DNA of 63,989 nucleotides, filler included, from Dirinaria sp. TL-2023a (taxonomy: Eukaryota): the NCBI GenBank assembly GCA_051941275.1. It is 5 parts of 5 records of this genome, joined end to end, with 100 filler letters (N's around TTAATTAATTAA, not from the genome) between each part and the next. Parts side by side here need not be neighbours in the genome. Positions count along the whole stretch, not along the records: positions 1 to 12,828 come from JAVEBF010000734.1; positions 12,929 to 25,755 come from JAVEBF010000735.1; 3 more parts are not named here. One strand, 5' to 3'. Shown here piece after piece: positions 12,646 through 25,095 of this stretch. The stretch's first letter is position 1, and every line of letters begins with the position of its first letter. Under the pieces are notes generated by a model, which was not told the origin of the DNA, ran no database searches, and was given only the letters and a program-made list of their open reading frames with translations. The translations under genes and the position numbers were made by a program.

Positions 12646-12828
12646 GTCTTTTATTTGTTGACCGATTGATTATACTGGGGGTGAACCAAAAATTGCAATA
12701 GTACTTATAGAATTTTCTCTAGTAGTTACAAAACAATATACCCAAGAAACGCATAGAATTAGTAGTAAGAGTATTAGATAGGAATTCCCCTCTCCCTTAT
12801 ACAAACCCATCTCCGCAGCAGCAGCAGC

Positions 12829-12928
12829 NNNNNNNNNNNNNNNNNNNNNNNNNNNNNNNNNNNNNNNNNNNNTTAATTAATTAANNNNNNNNNNNNNNNN
12901 NNNNNNNNNNNNNNNNNNNNNNNNNNNN
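12829..12928. other. Artificial contig linker (N44-TTAATTAATTAA-N44)
   Basis: 100-bp spacer carrying stops in all six frames, identical at four positions in the window. Confidence 0.98.
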
Positions 12929-15900
12929 TATACACTCAGTGATTCAAGATCTTGCCAAGTGCTTTCTATCAAGTGTCGCCCGAAATGATTGGCTGAGGCA
13001 AAGAACAAAAGGGGCCCGGTCCGTCTAAGCGACCTTAGCGTATGTGATGAACCCGCATCGCCCAAGTTAGTTAGCCTTTGTTGCTCGCCATCAGACATTG
13101 CTGCATCCACACCCTGCCTGGATGGCTGCCCAGTTCTAGATCTGGATCTTGCTCCATATCACCCTTTGCGGCTCTCTTGATGTCAGTATATAATATAGCT
13201 CTGGTGTCTGCATATCGCTCCCAAAGAGCTGGCAGCCCGCTTGAGCTTTGGTCATCAATCCTGGCCTTGCTGGTCTGTTAGTCGAGTATATCAGAAAGTT
13301 GAAGGTCCAATTTACTACTCACAATCATCATCACACCTCTTCTCCAACAAGCTATTCCTCCAGCGGAAAATACGGAAGTGTGACCATGTCAAGCACCGAA
13401 TCTCTGTCCTCATTCTCATGGTACACCAAGCACCCAATTCTCCAACCATGCTGCCGAGTTCTGTCAAAGCCAGCAGTCATAGCCTCCAACAACAGCTCAT
13501 CTTGAGAAGTGGACAAGCTTTTCGGATTGTGAGCTTTGGTTTGATAGGATGTTGTAAGTGCTCCTCAAAGCAAGCTGATAGTGCTGGAAAATAAAAGATC
13601 TGGGCGACTGAGAGTAAGTAGAAAACATGTTTGGTCCGCCAGTCCTCTCTCGAAGCTGTTAGAATTTTGTATTCCATGGCAACTTTCGCCTTCGCAGCTC
13701 TCTCAACGATTCTTATGCCGCCTGACTTCCGCTTCTACCCTTGCCGTGAGCCACATAGTGCTGGAGAAGGAGGAACACCTGCACTAACAACAGCACGTTG
13801 GCTAATTGAATCAAAAGAGGCAGCAGCAGTTGGTCGCTTGGCTACTGGCTGGCTCGTGAATTCGCTTTGCGTTTTTAAGGCTTGGTGCAGCCCAGGTCGC
13901 ATCTTTCTTTGGAGGCATTTTGTCTTCTGTCCAATGATCAGCATACTTGGAAGTTAAAAGAGTGTGAGTTCTCTGACGAGACTGCTTGTCATCGTACCTG
14001 CGACCTTCCTCCAGCTAATTCTCCTTGTGGAATAGATCTAGGTCCTTCCCCAAAACTAGCCGGCCATCAACGGCGAGAGTATCTACCGTACCTCCAATGC
14101 CATTAGCTGTGGACCACTGCTTTCTAAGCCACCGAAATGACTCTGTACAGGGTTACTTTTCTCAAGCCGGGAGTCATGCTGATGTTGCTAAAGCATGACT
14201 TACTCATAAGAATGCTGAGTTGTCTCTGTATGGCTCGAAAGGCTCTGTTGCTGACGATTGAGACCGGGTACGTATCCGTAAAGCCCCACTGAGCAACTGC
14301 AACGGCGACTAACTTATTCTAGCCCAAAGCCAGTCTTAAAACCCTATTCTGAAGTACGATGTGGCGCTGTGTCCTGTACGCTGCGACATACAGCGGGCTC
14401 TGCTACCAACGGTATTGAGGCATATTCCGTCTATATCGATCCGATGCCTAGTATATATGAATACTAGAAAGGCTTTTTCGTGCCGAATGGCATTGGCTCG
14501 GCTCCAAACCAGAGGCTCTGTACGCGAAGACGTTCACGGAGCTGGGACACGGCCCTCTCCTTGTCCACAAGTCCTGCGAAGACGTCGAGCAACCACTCGA
14601 TTCCGAAGCTGCTTCGAGGAAGTGCGAGAAAAGTGTGCTGCCAGCTGCCCAAATGGATGATCAGAGTTACCAAACTGGCGACCCGTCTCCGCTGAAAAAG
14701 CCTCTTAAGCGTCGTCGATCCGAATCGAAACGGCGGGAACTGTCTCTTCATATCGTATTCTGCGCCATTACCACTCCAGCTTCTGTCGACATCCATGCCG
14801 ACGACTGATCTTTAGGATCTGAACTCCATCCACCTTTATATCCCCCCTCTTAGCCAGATCTTGGTACATTTCCAAGAACGTTGTTCAAAACTCAAATCCA
14901 CTGGTTGAAGATTATTTGATTTCATACAGGATCTTGTCGATGAAACTGCTCAGGAAGAGCCCACCCAGCGTCGTCGATCCAAATTTAAGAGGTGGTACCT
15001 GTTTTTATATTATATCCTGCCACTCACTCTTCTGTTTGGCACACACAACAAAGACTGATTTTTTGGTCTGAACTCCCTTTTCCTTCATATATACTCTCTA
15101 GTCTACATCCTATAGTCATTTGCAGAACACCGTCTGGTCCATAGCCACTGATTGAAGCTTGCTCAGATACTGCCCAATGGGGTCTGATCTATCAATGCGC
15201 AGGAAGAGTGTTCCAAGGCATGCTGTTCTGAGTTGAAGTGGAAAGAATCTCGGCGCTTCCTCACGAAGATCTAGTACAAGGTCCAGTTCGCCCCAGGGTC
15301 TTCAACTGCAAATCAATACTATCACCACGTCTCGCCTACCGGATCATCGTCTTCCATATCGTTAAAGCTTGGGCTGGAAATAGCGGAAACGGTCTGAATG
15401 GGAGTGGTTAGGTAGCGAGTGGCCTACTATTACTTCCCACCGTCAAGGCAATACGAACCTTCAGACCTTAAAAGGCAGGTAACGGCTACTAGAGTACGGT
15501 CTGCTCTGGTTTTGATAACCGAAAAAGGCGCAATAATTCCCTGAGACACGATCTATGAGATATTAGCGACTTCAGAAGCGTACTTTTCACGATCTGTATT
15601 GCCCATTTTCTACTCTCAAAAAAGGAAGATCGATATCGAATAAAGTGGTCCAAACAAAGAATAGTCCTATTTACGGGTATTGGGTACAAAATTGCTGAAA
15701 GCTGCAATGATGGTTGTTGCTGCCGGAAGACTTCTGGGGTCATTCCTGCTAGCATGATCAACCCGCGCTACATGTCAAACGGCCCTACTCGTTATATATA
15801 TGATCACCACATCTCGCGTACCGACTCTTCATTATATATATCTTTCAACCTTGGGCTTGGAGTAACTGCAATAGTTGTCATCGCTGCTGGGCATCTGAAG

Positions 15901-17040
15901 AGAGTAATGAGGCGTATAGTGGTGTTGCTGGCTTCGAAAACAGGATTGCGGTGCCGGCATTGAGGAGTAGACCTGCGACTAAGGTTGCTGGTAGTGGGTC
16001 CGCTGCCCTTGCAAGCTCTCATGCTGTTCTTGCTTTAAGCGAATCTTGTCTCGCTGCAGCTGCGCAGTATGCTCTGAACACTGTCTCGTGCGGTTCTTTA
16101 CCATCTCTTGAGTACGCTTTCACCAGTGATCCTTCTACAAATTTGCTGGACCTACTGTCCAGCTTGTCAATCAGAATTTGCCATATAAAGGCGCGTTCTC
16201 CGTATCTATCCTCATTTGTTTGCCGAAATTGGTGAGGAAAGAAATTGGCGCAGCTTCAGAACTCCGACATGTCTTGAGTATCTTCATCGAATTGGAGTGC
16301 CTTTACTTCTTGCTTCGGCGCGTCTAGATTCAGCCCACAACTTACGATGGGCGTCTCTATGTCAATCCAGTGGGGGCACGCATCATCCGGCGATAAATTC
16401 TTCACCGCGTCCAAAGCGATGGTGAAATGCTCGATGAGATCTCTACCGATCAGCGCATGGTGGACTTCGCTGTTGATGCATTGGGCAAAGCTCATGCGCC
16501 TGGACAAAAGAGACGGGCGATCGGACTCTATAAGCAGCCGATTTTCGAGGTACTTGTGTCGGCTAAGTACCGACTCAAGGTGGTAGAATATAGAGACTGG
16601 CGGAAGCGAGCAGTGGTCCTGCGACACAGTGCTGGCTGCTGCTTCTTTTTCATTTCTGAGCTGCATCATAAGTCCCTGAGTCTGGCCAACAGCATCATGG
16701 TGTCTAATAGCGAAGAAGAGAACTGTCTCTTGACGGATCGTTCCCTCCATATCACTGGTCTGCTGCCAATTCTGCTGTGGAGCTGCATATGTAGCATTGT
16801 CCACGCTCGGCATGGCCACATCTCTAGGTTCTAGGCTGGTCACCCATTGAACCCCCTTAAGTGAACGAGGGGGGACTAGACCGCCGGCTTGGGCGCGCAG
16901 ATGTGGCGATAGAGAATGTGGCAGATACGAAGTTCTTCATGGTCTGAGAACGATTCGCATCTGTTAGCATCCTGAAGTCGCTGCTCAAAGGCGATGATGG
17001 GTTAGTGCGGTAGCCCGCCACTCCACTTGGGTGAGACAAG
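12929..17040 (-). pseudogene. Decayed long coding region(s) of unknown family
   Basis: Successive minus-strand ORF fragments (16256-16843, 15489-15761, 14464-14796, 13477-13944). The 16256-16843 frame reads on for ~78 more codons past its TGA. Many TAG/TAA/TGA stops and frameshifts; no domain recognised. Confidence 0.45.
14690..15250 (-). repeat. Degenerate ~250-bp direct repeat (about two and a bit copies) inside decayed ORF
   Basis: TCTGAACTCC at 14818 and 15067; CAGGAAGAG at 14951 and 15200; GTCGTCGATCC at 14711 and 14970. Minus-strand peptides FPLQLRTACLGTLFL, VPPLKFGSTTLGGLFL and FPPFRFGSTTLKRLFQ recur. Confidence 0.7.
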
Positions 17041-17699
17041 CGGTTTGGACGCTGGGACGGCGCCTGGGCTCGACGGGCTGCGCCAACTGGCGGAGGCTCG
17101 ATGATGAAACGTTTCAGTGTCCGTATATAATGAAGGAGGAGTATGAATATATTATAGTTCAGTACTCGCTAGCGAAGATAGGGTTGGTGTCGTGGTCGTG
17201 TATAAAGTATAGAGGAATTCGTGCGCCTCAACGGAACGATAAGATGTTGGATCAGATGCGATAAACGAAAGACCACGATGTTGGCGCAGATGGCTGTCGA
17301 AATGGACGCTAGATGATGCGCGACAGGCATCGGTGTCTCTTCTCCAGGACAGCCTCAAGGCCAAAGCTGTGGGTGCATGAGCGTCTGCAGCGAGCGCTGC
17401 TTCGAGTTCCCCTGGAGGAAGAAAGAAAACAAAAAAAAGTCGCTAAAATGATGATAATGAAGCAGAGGCAACAGCAGTAAGGTATTGAGATTCTTATTGT
17501 ATAATGAAGACAGAAGAAAAAAGTCAAGAATGGTCTGTATTCGAGAAGAGTCTTTGAAAACTTATGACTTGATACGCTTAGGCTCACCGTGGTCTGAAAG
17601 TTGTAAAGAAGGAGTAAAAGTCGGGCATAAAGCTTGATAGGAAAAAGATGCTGTTGGTATCTGGGAGAGAATATGTTATACGGACTCATCTGTGTCTTC

Positions 17700-20640
17700 C
17701 GGGTTATTTCGATCTGCGTCTTGCTGGAAGATGAACTTGGTCCGACGGCGATTTGCGGGACTGCTGAAGACTGCTTGCTAGATAATGGGAAAAAACGAAG
17801 ACAGATCAGCTAAGAATCTTGGTATGAAGGAGGTGGCAGTATATGAAAGAAAATACCTACCCCTAGCTATTCTGGGTTGGAGCGGCCGTGGCGGTTGGCT
17901 GATTGCGTTCAGCGGGTTTCGTCTTCGCACCTCTTTTATTTACCGGTTCAGATAGCGGGGAGAGAGATTGCTTCGCCGCGTCGTCCTTTTTGGCCCGTCG
18001 TGCGTTTTTTGCTTCTTTCTTCTAAGTAGCGCTAGGTTTGCGCTGCTGCTGCTGCCGCTGCACCGAAGCAGATGAGGTCGTGGCGGCTGCGGCTTTTACA
18101 ACGGCTTTTGCGATTCTGGATTCTGCTGCTCGTGCCTCCTCGCCTTTTGATCAAGCCTTGTATGAGGCGTCGCGAGAGTTAGTCTCTACCGATACAGTCT
18201 GTGCTCTCTGAGCAGCAGCAGTGGAAGAGGATGCGGTTGGCTTGTTGCGTTTGGCGCGCATCATCTCTAGGCATCGGCTTTCGATTTTCTTTCTCAGCAA
18301 TCCGAGCGGATCGTCTCGTAGGGCAGAACCCGGGTCGCATTCTTGAAATCAAATAAAGATTTCATGCTAGAGGATGGTTTGGGTTCGACAGCGTCTCGAG
18401 AGATACTGCACTCCCCCAGTTTTATATGTTATACCCGATGGCCGGCTCTTCACCAAAAAACCTATGCGTCTGCAAAACCTTTGTGATCGACTGAGGTAGG
18501 GTACTGGAGAGAGGAAGTAAAGGGGGTGGTATGCAGGTACTGCGCTCCTTTGCGAATGTCAGTGGCCTGGAGAACTCATACGACATTCAAAGACTTACAT
18601 AGTTGACCGCGAAATGCTTGTCAGCTTTTCCACTGACCGCTTGTGATTCAGCTTGAGCCATAAGAACAGGCTGGGACGTCTTTACCAATGGCAGGACCCG
18701 GCGTCGTATTTGTATGGAACAGGATTAGCTGATCTTCCTGCAAGTCCAGCTCTGACTGCTACTGTCTCTTTAGCCATGCCACTTGTTCTCCGACTCGGGT
18801 AAGCCGCAACCTCCAGAGTCAGAAAGGGTGTCGTCCTCATCAGGGTTGAGGCAGTGACTGGGGCTGAACTTGGCTGGGTGGGGCATGCCTCATGCACGGG
18901 GTACTTGATATACTCAGTGTATTGCTGGATCATGCATTTCATGCTTGACAGTGGACAAGAAGGCAAGACGCTCTCCTTCACGCTGCACCTGAGGGCATCG
19001 CTAAGCTTGGTGGAGATCAGTGTCACTCTTTGCTAGTTTGTGACGCTGGAAAATCTGGATAATGTGGGAAGGACCGTGGTATTCGAGAAAGTAAGTCTTG
19101 AATTGCTCATACTGCGTCTTATTATTATGCTTCGTCTTCGCGCCTGCTTTTCGCTTATGTATTGGAGCTGCAACAAAACGCTGGGCCTCGATGTCAGGGT
19201 CATCCACAGCGAACTTGAGTGCGAACTCCGCGTCTTGATTGGAAAGCGGAGCGTGCCTTGTGCTCACAGGACGTAGTGGATTGTAGAGCAGGTTTCCCGC
19301 AGCATTGACTTCGCTGTCTGTTCCACCATTCCCAGCAGTGGAATATGTTTGGTTTCGTTGGTGCTACGACTTTGCCTTTGGCTGCTTGGCTTTAGTTCTG
19401 GCATCGAAGGTTTTCGCGGGCTGAACAGGTTAAAAAAAGCTGACTGCTTACAGGCCATACAGAGTTGGTGCTTTTGCACCACTGGTATCTCCCCCGTTGT
19501 CGAGCGCCGCTTCTTGCTGTGCTGTTGCGCTATCTGCTTATGCATGGGATGAAGCTCCAGCACCTCTAGCCTCTTCGACTTGGCCTGCGGAGGCACCATG
19601 ACGTGGTTCATCCTGAGGTGTGTTGTTATTGATCATGACCTCTTTTTAATTACCATCAAGGGCTTTGTAGGATCGATACGGCGACAGCTCTTTTCGTTCT
19701 AGGACTCTCTAGGTGGTTCTGATGTGCGGCCTCTTGCCAGTCTTCCTCCAAAAGCTCCCGTGGAAACCCGTGCCATCAAGGCTGATGCCGATGCAACCTT
19801 GGCGCTTTATGAAACGCTCCTCATCTCTGGTATTGCAGCTCTGCGTACTGCTCGTTATAGCTTCGACGCTGATTTGAAGGGGAGGGGGGCGTCGATGCAG
19901 CCTTGGCGCTTCATGGAACGCTCCCCATCTCTGGTACCAGATTCCCTCCAACATTTGTTGCAGTGTAACTACGACGCTGATTGGAAGGAAAAAAGAACGG
20001 AAGACTTTTCAGATGCATGAATTGATATCGAGCGGGCATGAGTGCACAATGCACCACTCTGATATCTTCCTGCTCATCTGGGGCTTGCTCGCGCCAGTCG
20101 TATGGCTCTTGTGCTTGTTGCATCAAGAGCTCTGGGTCTTCTTGCTCCGCCGCAGATTGGAAGGGAAGGGGGATGTTAGGCCTGTCAGATGCATGAACTG
20201 ATATCGAGCGGGCATGAGTGCACAATGCACCACTCTGATATCTTCATGCTCATCTGGGGCTTGCTCGCGCCAGTCGTATGGCTCTTGTGCTTGTTGCAGC
20301 AAGAGCTCTGGGTCTTCTTGCTCCGCCGCAGAAGCCTCTTCTTTCCCTTTTCCATGTTGAAGGCTCGCTGGCTCTGATTGGACTGAGTCCTGATGCGCTG
20401 TTGCGCGTTCACGACGGGGAGAGCGGGATCTGGTTCTCGACGCAGAACGAGACAGTCGTTGTCTTTTTCCCTCTTTCTTCGACCGGCTCGTATCTGACGT
20501 CCCCGCTCTCTTCTCCTTCCTCTTACGCTCTGGGTACTTCCCTCTGCTGGCTTCCTTCATTTCTTCTCTCTCCCCCTCGCAAAGGTCTCGGAAAGCCCTT
20601 GTGCAGCTTTGTCTCGAGGCAGATTTTCGGAGTCGAATTC
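17700..20640 (-). pseudogene. Decayed low-complexity K/R/S-rich coding region(s)
   Basis: Fragments 20123-20560 (RS-rich), 19264-19611 and 19001-19267, plus an A/K/R-rich frame near 17900-18260 (MMRAKRNKPTASSSTAAAQRAQ...) broken by stops. Splice-like GTAAGT at ~18597. Confidence 0.35.
20009..20332. repeat. Near-perfect 148-bp direct repeat (period 176 bp)
   Basis: Copies at 20009-20156 and 20185-20332 differ at 3 positions by my reading. They produce the twin ORFs 20013-20201 and 20189-20377. Confidence 0.92.
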
Positions 20641-21339
20641 GATATGGAGCTGTTAGGTTCCCAGCTGTCTCTTTATCTCATCGAAGCATGCTGCTCTGCG
20701 GATTGGAGCGGGAAGCAGTTCCGTTTTGTGAGGACGTGGAGCAAAAATGGGAGGCCGGAAGGCACAAGAGTATATAGTATAACCAACTTTTCTACGTCTG
20801 TGGGTTATACTGACACCTAAAAATACTAAAAAAAGCTATTATACGGCATTGTAAAGAAGTAGTGATGATGTTAGCGTGAGAGTTATAAGGTCTGAGGTAG
20901 AGAATGGTATAGTGAGAGGTTAAAGATATGACGTGGAGGTTATAAGGTATAGTAGACATCCCTCTCTCCTATGTGATGTATTATAACTGAGCAAGAAGTG
21001 GGATGATCAGCGTCTGAAAGCTGGCTTCGATCGTTTGAAGGTGGGTAACAAGTGCTTTAAAGATGAGCCTCGAACCAGCATATCAGGAAACGAAGCGATC
21101 GAAAAGCATTTGCGCAATCTGATTTGTCAGTTATTCTATGGGACAGATAAGATTCTTGAGCGCAACAATAATCTAAGAAGAGATACAACCTGGAAGGCAA
21201 TAACATGACTGTCGAAGCTTTCGAAGCTTTGCCAACGAGTCCATAACCTCAAGCCATCTTCGATTGTTAAGAGCAAGAGACCGCTCCCAGGGTTGTTTCA
21301 AATTGAGTAAGAATTCGGATTATGAAGGCCATCGGCAGA

Positions 21340-23150
21340 TGTGCAGGATAGATACAAACGAAGAGAGTGTAATGTATGCAGACTGGAAAGGATGAGCTAG
21401 CCGTATATTCCCAACGAGTATAGAGGATGGTGCGTAGTGCATGCCTGTATAGAGGTAAGCTCTCTTGCAACGTTTGCTATTGTGGGAGGGAGTAGCTAAC
21501 CTGGTATGGCGGACTGGAAAGGATGAGCCACTCCTGAATCCAGACACGAACATGGCGCATGGTGTGTATGCGTCTCTGCGTAGAGGTAAGTTCTCTTGCA
21601 GCGTTTGCTATTGTATTAAGGAGTAGCTAACCTCCTATGGAAGTTGTAGCTTGCCTATATGTTAGGTCGATCAAGTCGGTGGAGTGGTAATGGCCTAGGC
21701 GATGGTGATGTCCAGTGCTATCCATGGGCGTTCTGAAGTCCATCAAGCGACGCTTCGAATACTGGATGGGGTACAAGAGGATGATGCTGCACCAGTCTCT
21801 ACCACGGTGATGTGTATTGTACCTCTGTATATCTGTGAGTTCTTCTCGGATGTTTGCTATTGTATGAAGAAGTAGCTGACCTGGTATAGGCAATGTAGCT
21901 TGTATCAGGCTGATCAAGTCGGTGGAGTGACCATGCCCTAGGCAATATGATGTTCGGTGCTACCTAAAGGCGTGCTGAGGTCCATCAAGAGACACTTCGA
22001 CTACCAGGTGGAGTGGAAGATGATGATGCTGCACTACTCTTTTCCACCAAGGTATACGATGATGAGTATTGTATCTCTCTGCATCGAGGTAAGTTCCCTT
22101 CGAATGTTTGGTGTTGTGTTAAGGAGTAGCTGACCTAGCATGGACGTTGTAGCTTGCTAATACATTAGGCCTATCATGTCGGCGAAGTGACCACGGCCCA
22201 AGCAATGATTGTGTTTAAGGCCATGGAATAGTGTCTGAAAGTCCATCAAGAGATGCTTCAATGACTAGTTGGAGCTTGCTTGTATGTTATGTCGATCAAG
22301 AGTCGTTGACGTGATCATGACCCAAGCAACGATTGTGCTCATTGCCGTGGATGGATGTCTCGAAGTCCATCAAGAGACGCTTCGAGGTTGTATCGAGGTA
22401 GGTTCTTTAATAATGCTTGCTGCCGTGACATGTGACAGGAGGTAGCTGACCTGGCATGGACGTTGTAGCTTCTTTGTATGTTAGGTTGATCAAGAGTCGT
22501 TGATGTGATCATGACTCCAGCGACAACGATGCTCAGTGCCGTGGATGGGTGTCTTGAAGTATCAAGAGACACTTCGAGGTTGTATAGAGGTATGATCTTT
22601 CATAATGCTTGCTGTTGTAATAGGGAGTAGCTGACCTGGCTTGAAGGTTGTAGCTTGCTTATACGTTAGGTCGATCAGGTCCGCGACGTGATCATGACCC
22701 AAGCAATGATTGTGTTCAGTGTCAGCGATAGATGTCCCGAAGTGTATCGAGAGACGCTTCGAGGTTGTATAGAGGTAGGTTCTTTCATAATGCTTGCTGT
22801 CGTGATAGGGAGTAGCTGACTTGGCTTGAACGTTGTAGCTTGCTTATACATTAGGTCGATCAGGTCCGCGACTTGATCATGACCCAAGCAATGATTGTGG
22901 TCAGTGTCAGCGATAGATGTCTCGAAGTGTACCGAGAGATAATTCGAATACTCAATGGGGTAGAGGAGGAGTATGCTGCACCACTCTTTACTAAAGGGAG
23001 TTATCAGGAGGTGGACCTCGATGTTGGAAGCCCGATGTCCCTTAAGAGACACTTGAAAGAGTAAGTGGATCAGAAGAGGATGATGCTGCACCGCTCTTTA
23101 CCTAAGGCAGTCATGAGGAACTGGACCTCTCGATGTGGGAAGCCTTTGTG
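21340..23150. repeat. Degenerate tandem array with ~130-250 bp units (~8 copies)
   Basis: Core GGAGTAGCT(G/A)AC recurs at about 21488, 21619, 21868, 22122, 22437, 22623 and 22808, with shared GTTGTAGCTTG, ATCATGACCCAAGCAATGATTGTG and CATCAAGAGAC.CTTCGA blocks. Confidence 0.85.
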
Positions 23151-23330
23151 CCTGGTGCGGGTTTGGTTAACACACTAATCACTGAGCTCAGGGGTTGGTC
23201 ATGACTGGCAACACGCTGGCCAATTCCGAGAAGGGTACTAATTCTGGAGGTCTAAAGGTACTATTGAGTTGCTGGATACCTTTGAAGACTCTTTGTGATA
23301 AAGAAAGCGAGCTAAAGAAGTTGTTGTGGA

Positions 23331-25095
23331 GTGCAGGGTGTGCTAACAATCAAGGGGGGGTGTGGGTTCTTAAATACTACGGAATGCCACAAGCTGCGGC
23401 TCTTCATTTCCAGGCCCAACAACAATTGTCAAATCACCCATAATGTGATTCTTGCTATCACATTTTTTCAGCCTGCAGCAATCCCTGCTATTGGCCGCTT
23501 GTACTTTCCTGTCTAGATCGACCCCTGCTCATTGGCTGACCCCACCCTCCTGCGTTATAGGATCATTCACAGAAACCTAGCGGCGGTCGAACGAGCGTAC
23601 GAGGTAGAAATCGTGACGGAGACAGCAGACATATCTCTTATAGAGCCAGATCGACTGAAGGTAATCATTATCCCCGATGATACTGTGACTTACAACAAGA
23701 GCCTGGGCTTGCAAATAAGGCTGGCTGAGTGTGTCAAGGCAGGTTAGGCGGTGATCTTAACTTTCCGTTCCTCAATGAGACGCACAATCAACCAGCTAGA
23801 GGCAACGTTCAACCATTCCCATCGCCATCGGGAAACAGCCATGCTCGGATTCAATTCAGCCATGAGAGACTTCCTGGGTGACGCAGAATCATATCTACAA
23901 GGGACCCATGCCATTAACTTCATCAATCTTCTTGGTGCGGCTGACCGTGAGAAGGTCTACATTCCCTATCTCACAGATTCTTCATCGGTCAAGCATATCG
24001 AACACGAAGGTGGCTGCTCTACTTAACTCGCGAAGTGCTTTCGATGCCTCATGAGCTCGTGTTGCAAAGGTCATTGTATTAGGTTTTGGGCCTTGTCGGC
24101 GCCAAAAGCGTCTATCTAGCAAGCAGAAATCTGCCTCAAATCATGCTGCCTAAATCGCCAACAACTCCTTCTACCTCAGCGGCCGATACCTGGAGAGGGC
24201 GGGTGGGAAAGCAAACTCGCGCAGGATGGCGCAAGACTCTTCGATTACATCGCAGAGTATGCATGTGGAAATAGGACAAGAGACATCATTAAAGCTATGA
24301 TAAGTAAACAGCTGAATCTACGCATGCTATGTGCAAATGCTGATCTACTCAGACAGAGCACTAGCAAGGACTCATAAAAACCTTCCGCTCAATGCATCTT
24401 CCTCTGGGACCGCAGACGACCATTCTAGCCATGCTATTGCCCTGGCTGCCGGCGAACTCTCCCTTCTCGAGCAAGCACTACCATTTGGATTTGGACTTCG
24501 ACGTGTTATCATGCTTCGCCGGCGCTCTGAAGCTCTGGTCCAGGCCCACAAGCTCTTTCTTCTCCAGCGATCTCTACCTTCTGGACTCAGACTTCAACCC
24601 AGGCTCACACTTCGTCCGCGCCATCCACCTCGACCTTCGGTCTCAGGGACTAGCTCCTCAATCCACGCATCGTCTTTGCAACCATATCACGGCAGTGTTT
24701 CTGGAAATTCGGGCGAGTCTGACGACGAGAGTATCTATTACAAAGCCCATCGATCTCCGACTCCTAACAACAACAACGAAGACAAGGAAGTACCATCCCT
24801 CCAATGCTGCAATGCAGGCTGCCACATCTGCTCCATCCCCTCTCGAACAAATACATGTGCTGCGTGCAAGAGCGTGCAATACTGCTCCACCACATCCCAA
24901 ATCGAGAATTGGCCATGCCATCAACAGATATGCAGGGAGAGGCAAGCACTTAATATCTTGCTGGCGACGCTTGGGTACCATGACGGGGTCGAAGGTATCA
25001 ATGCCTTTGTTGGGAAGAGCTACAAAACGAGAGGGACCCCGGGATGGACAAGAACATGCGTGCTAGCGGGAGTAAAGGATTATAACATCGATTAG
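23331..25095 (+). pseudogene. Pseudogene of a MYND-type zinc-finger protein
   Basis: ORFs 23331-23516, 23532-23747 and 23751-24026 lie in one frame that continues to 24303, broken by TAG 23514, TAG 23745, TAA 24024 and TAG 24117. A GT-AG intron at 24304-24352 joins it to the exon encoding CHICSIPSRTNTCAACKSVQYCSTTSQIENWPCHQQIC (MYND, one Cys replaced by Ser). The true start is uncertain. Confidence 0.7.

Noticed and set aside
12873..12884. TTAATTAATTAA as a biological motif (piggyBac TTAA target site or PacI site)
   Set aside because: It is centred within N runs, identically four times, so it is an assembly linker.
21340..23150. CRISPR array or TPR-type NLR repeat
   Set aside because: The DNA is eukaryotic, the units are long and degenerate without unique spacers, and the LGHDH resemblance to NLR TPR repeats is too weak with unit lengths that do not fit.
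24392..25066. 224-aa alternative-frame ORF overlapping the MYND exon
   Set aside because: No recognisable motif; best explained as a shadow frame of the MYND-coding exon.
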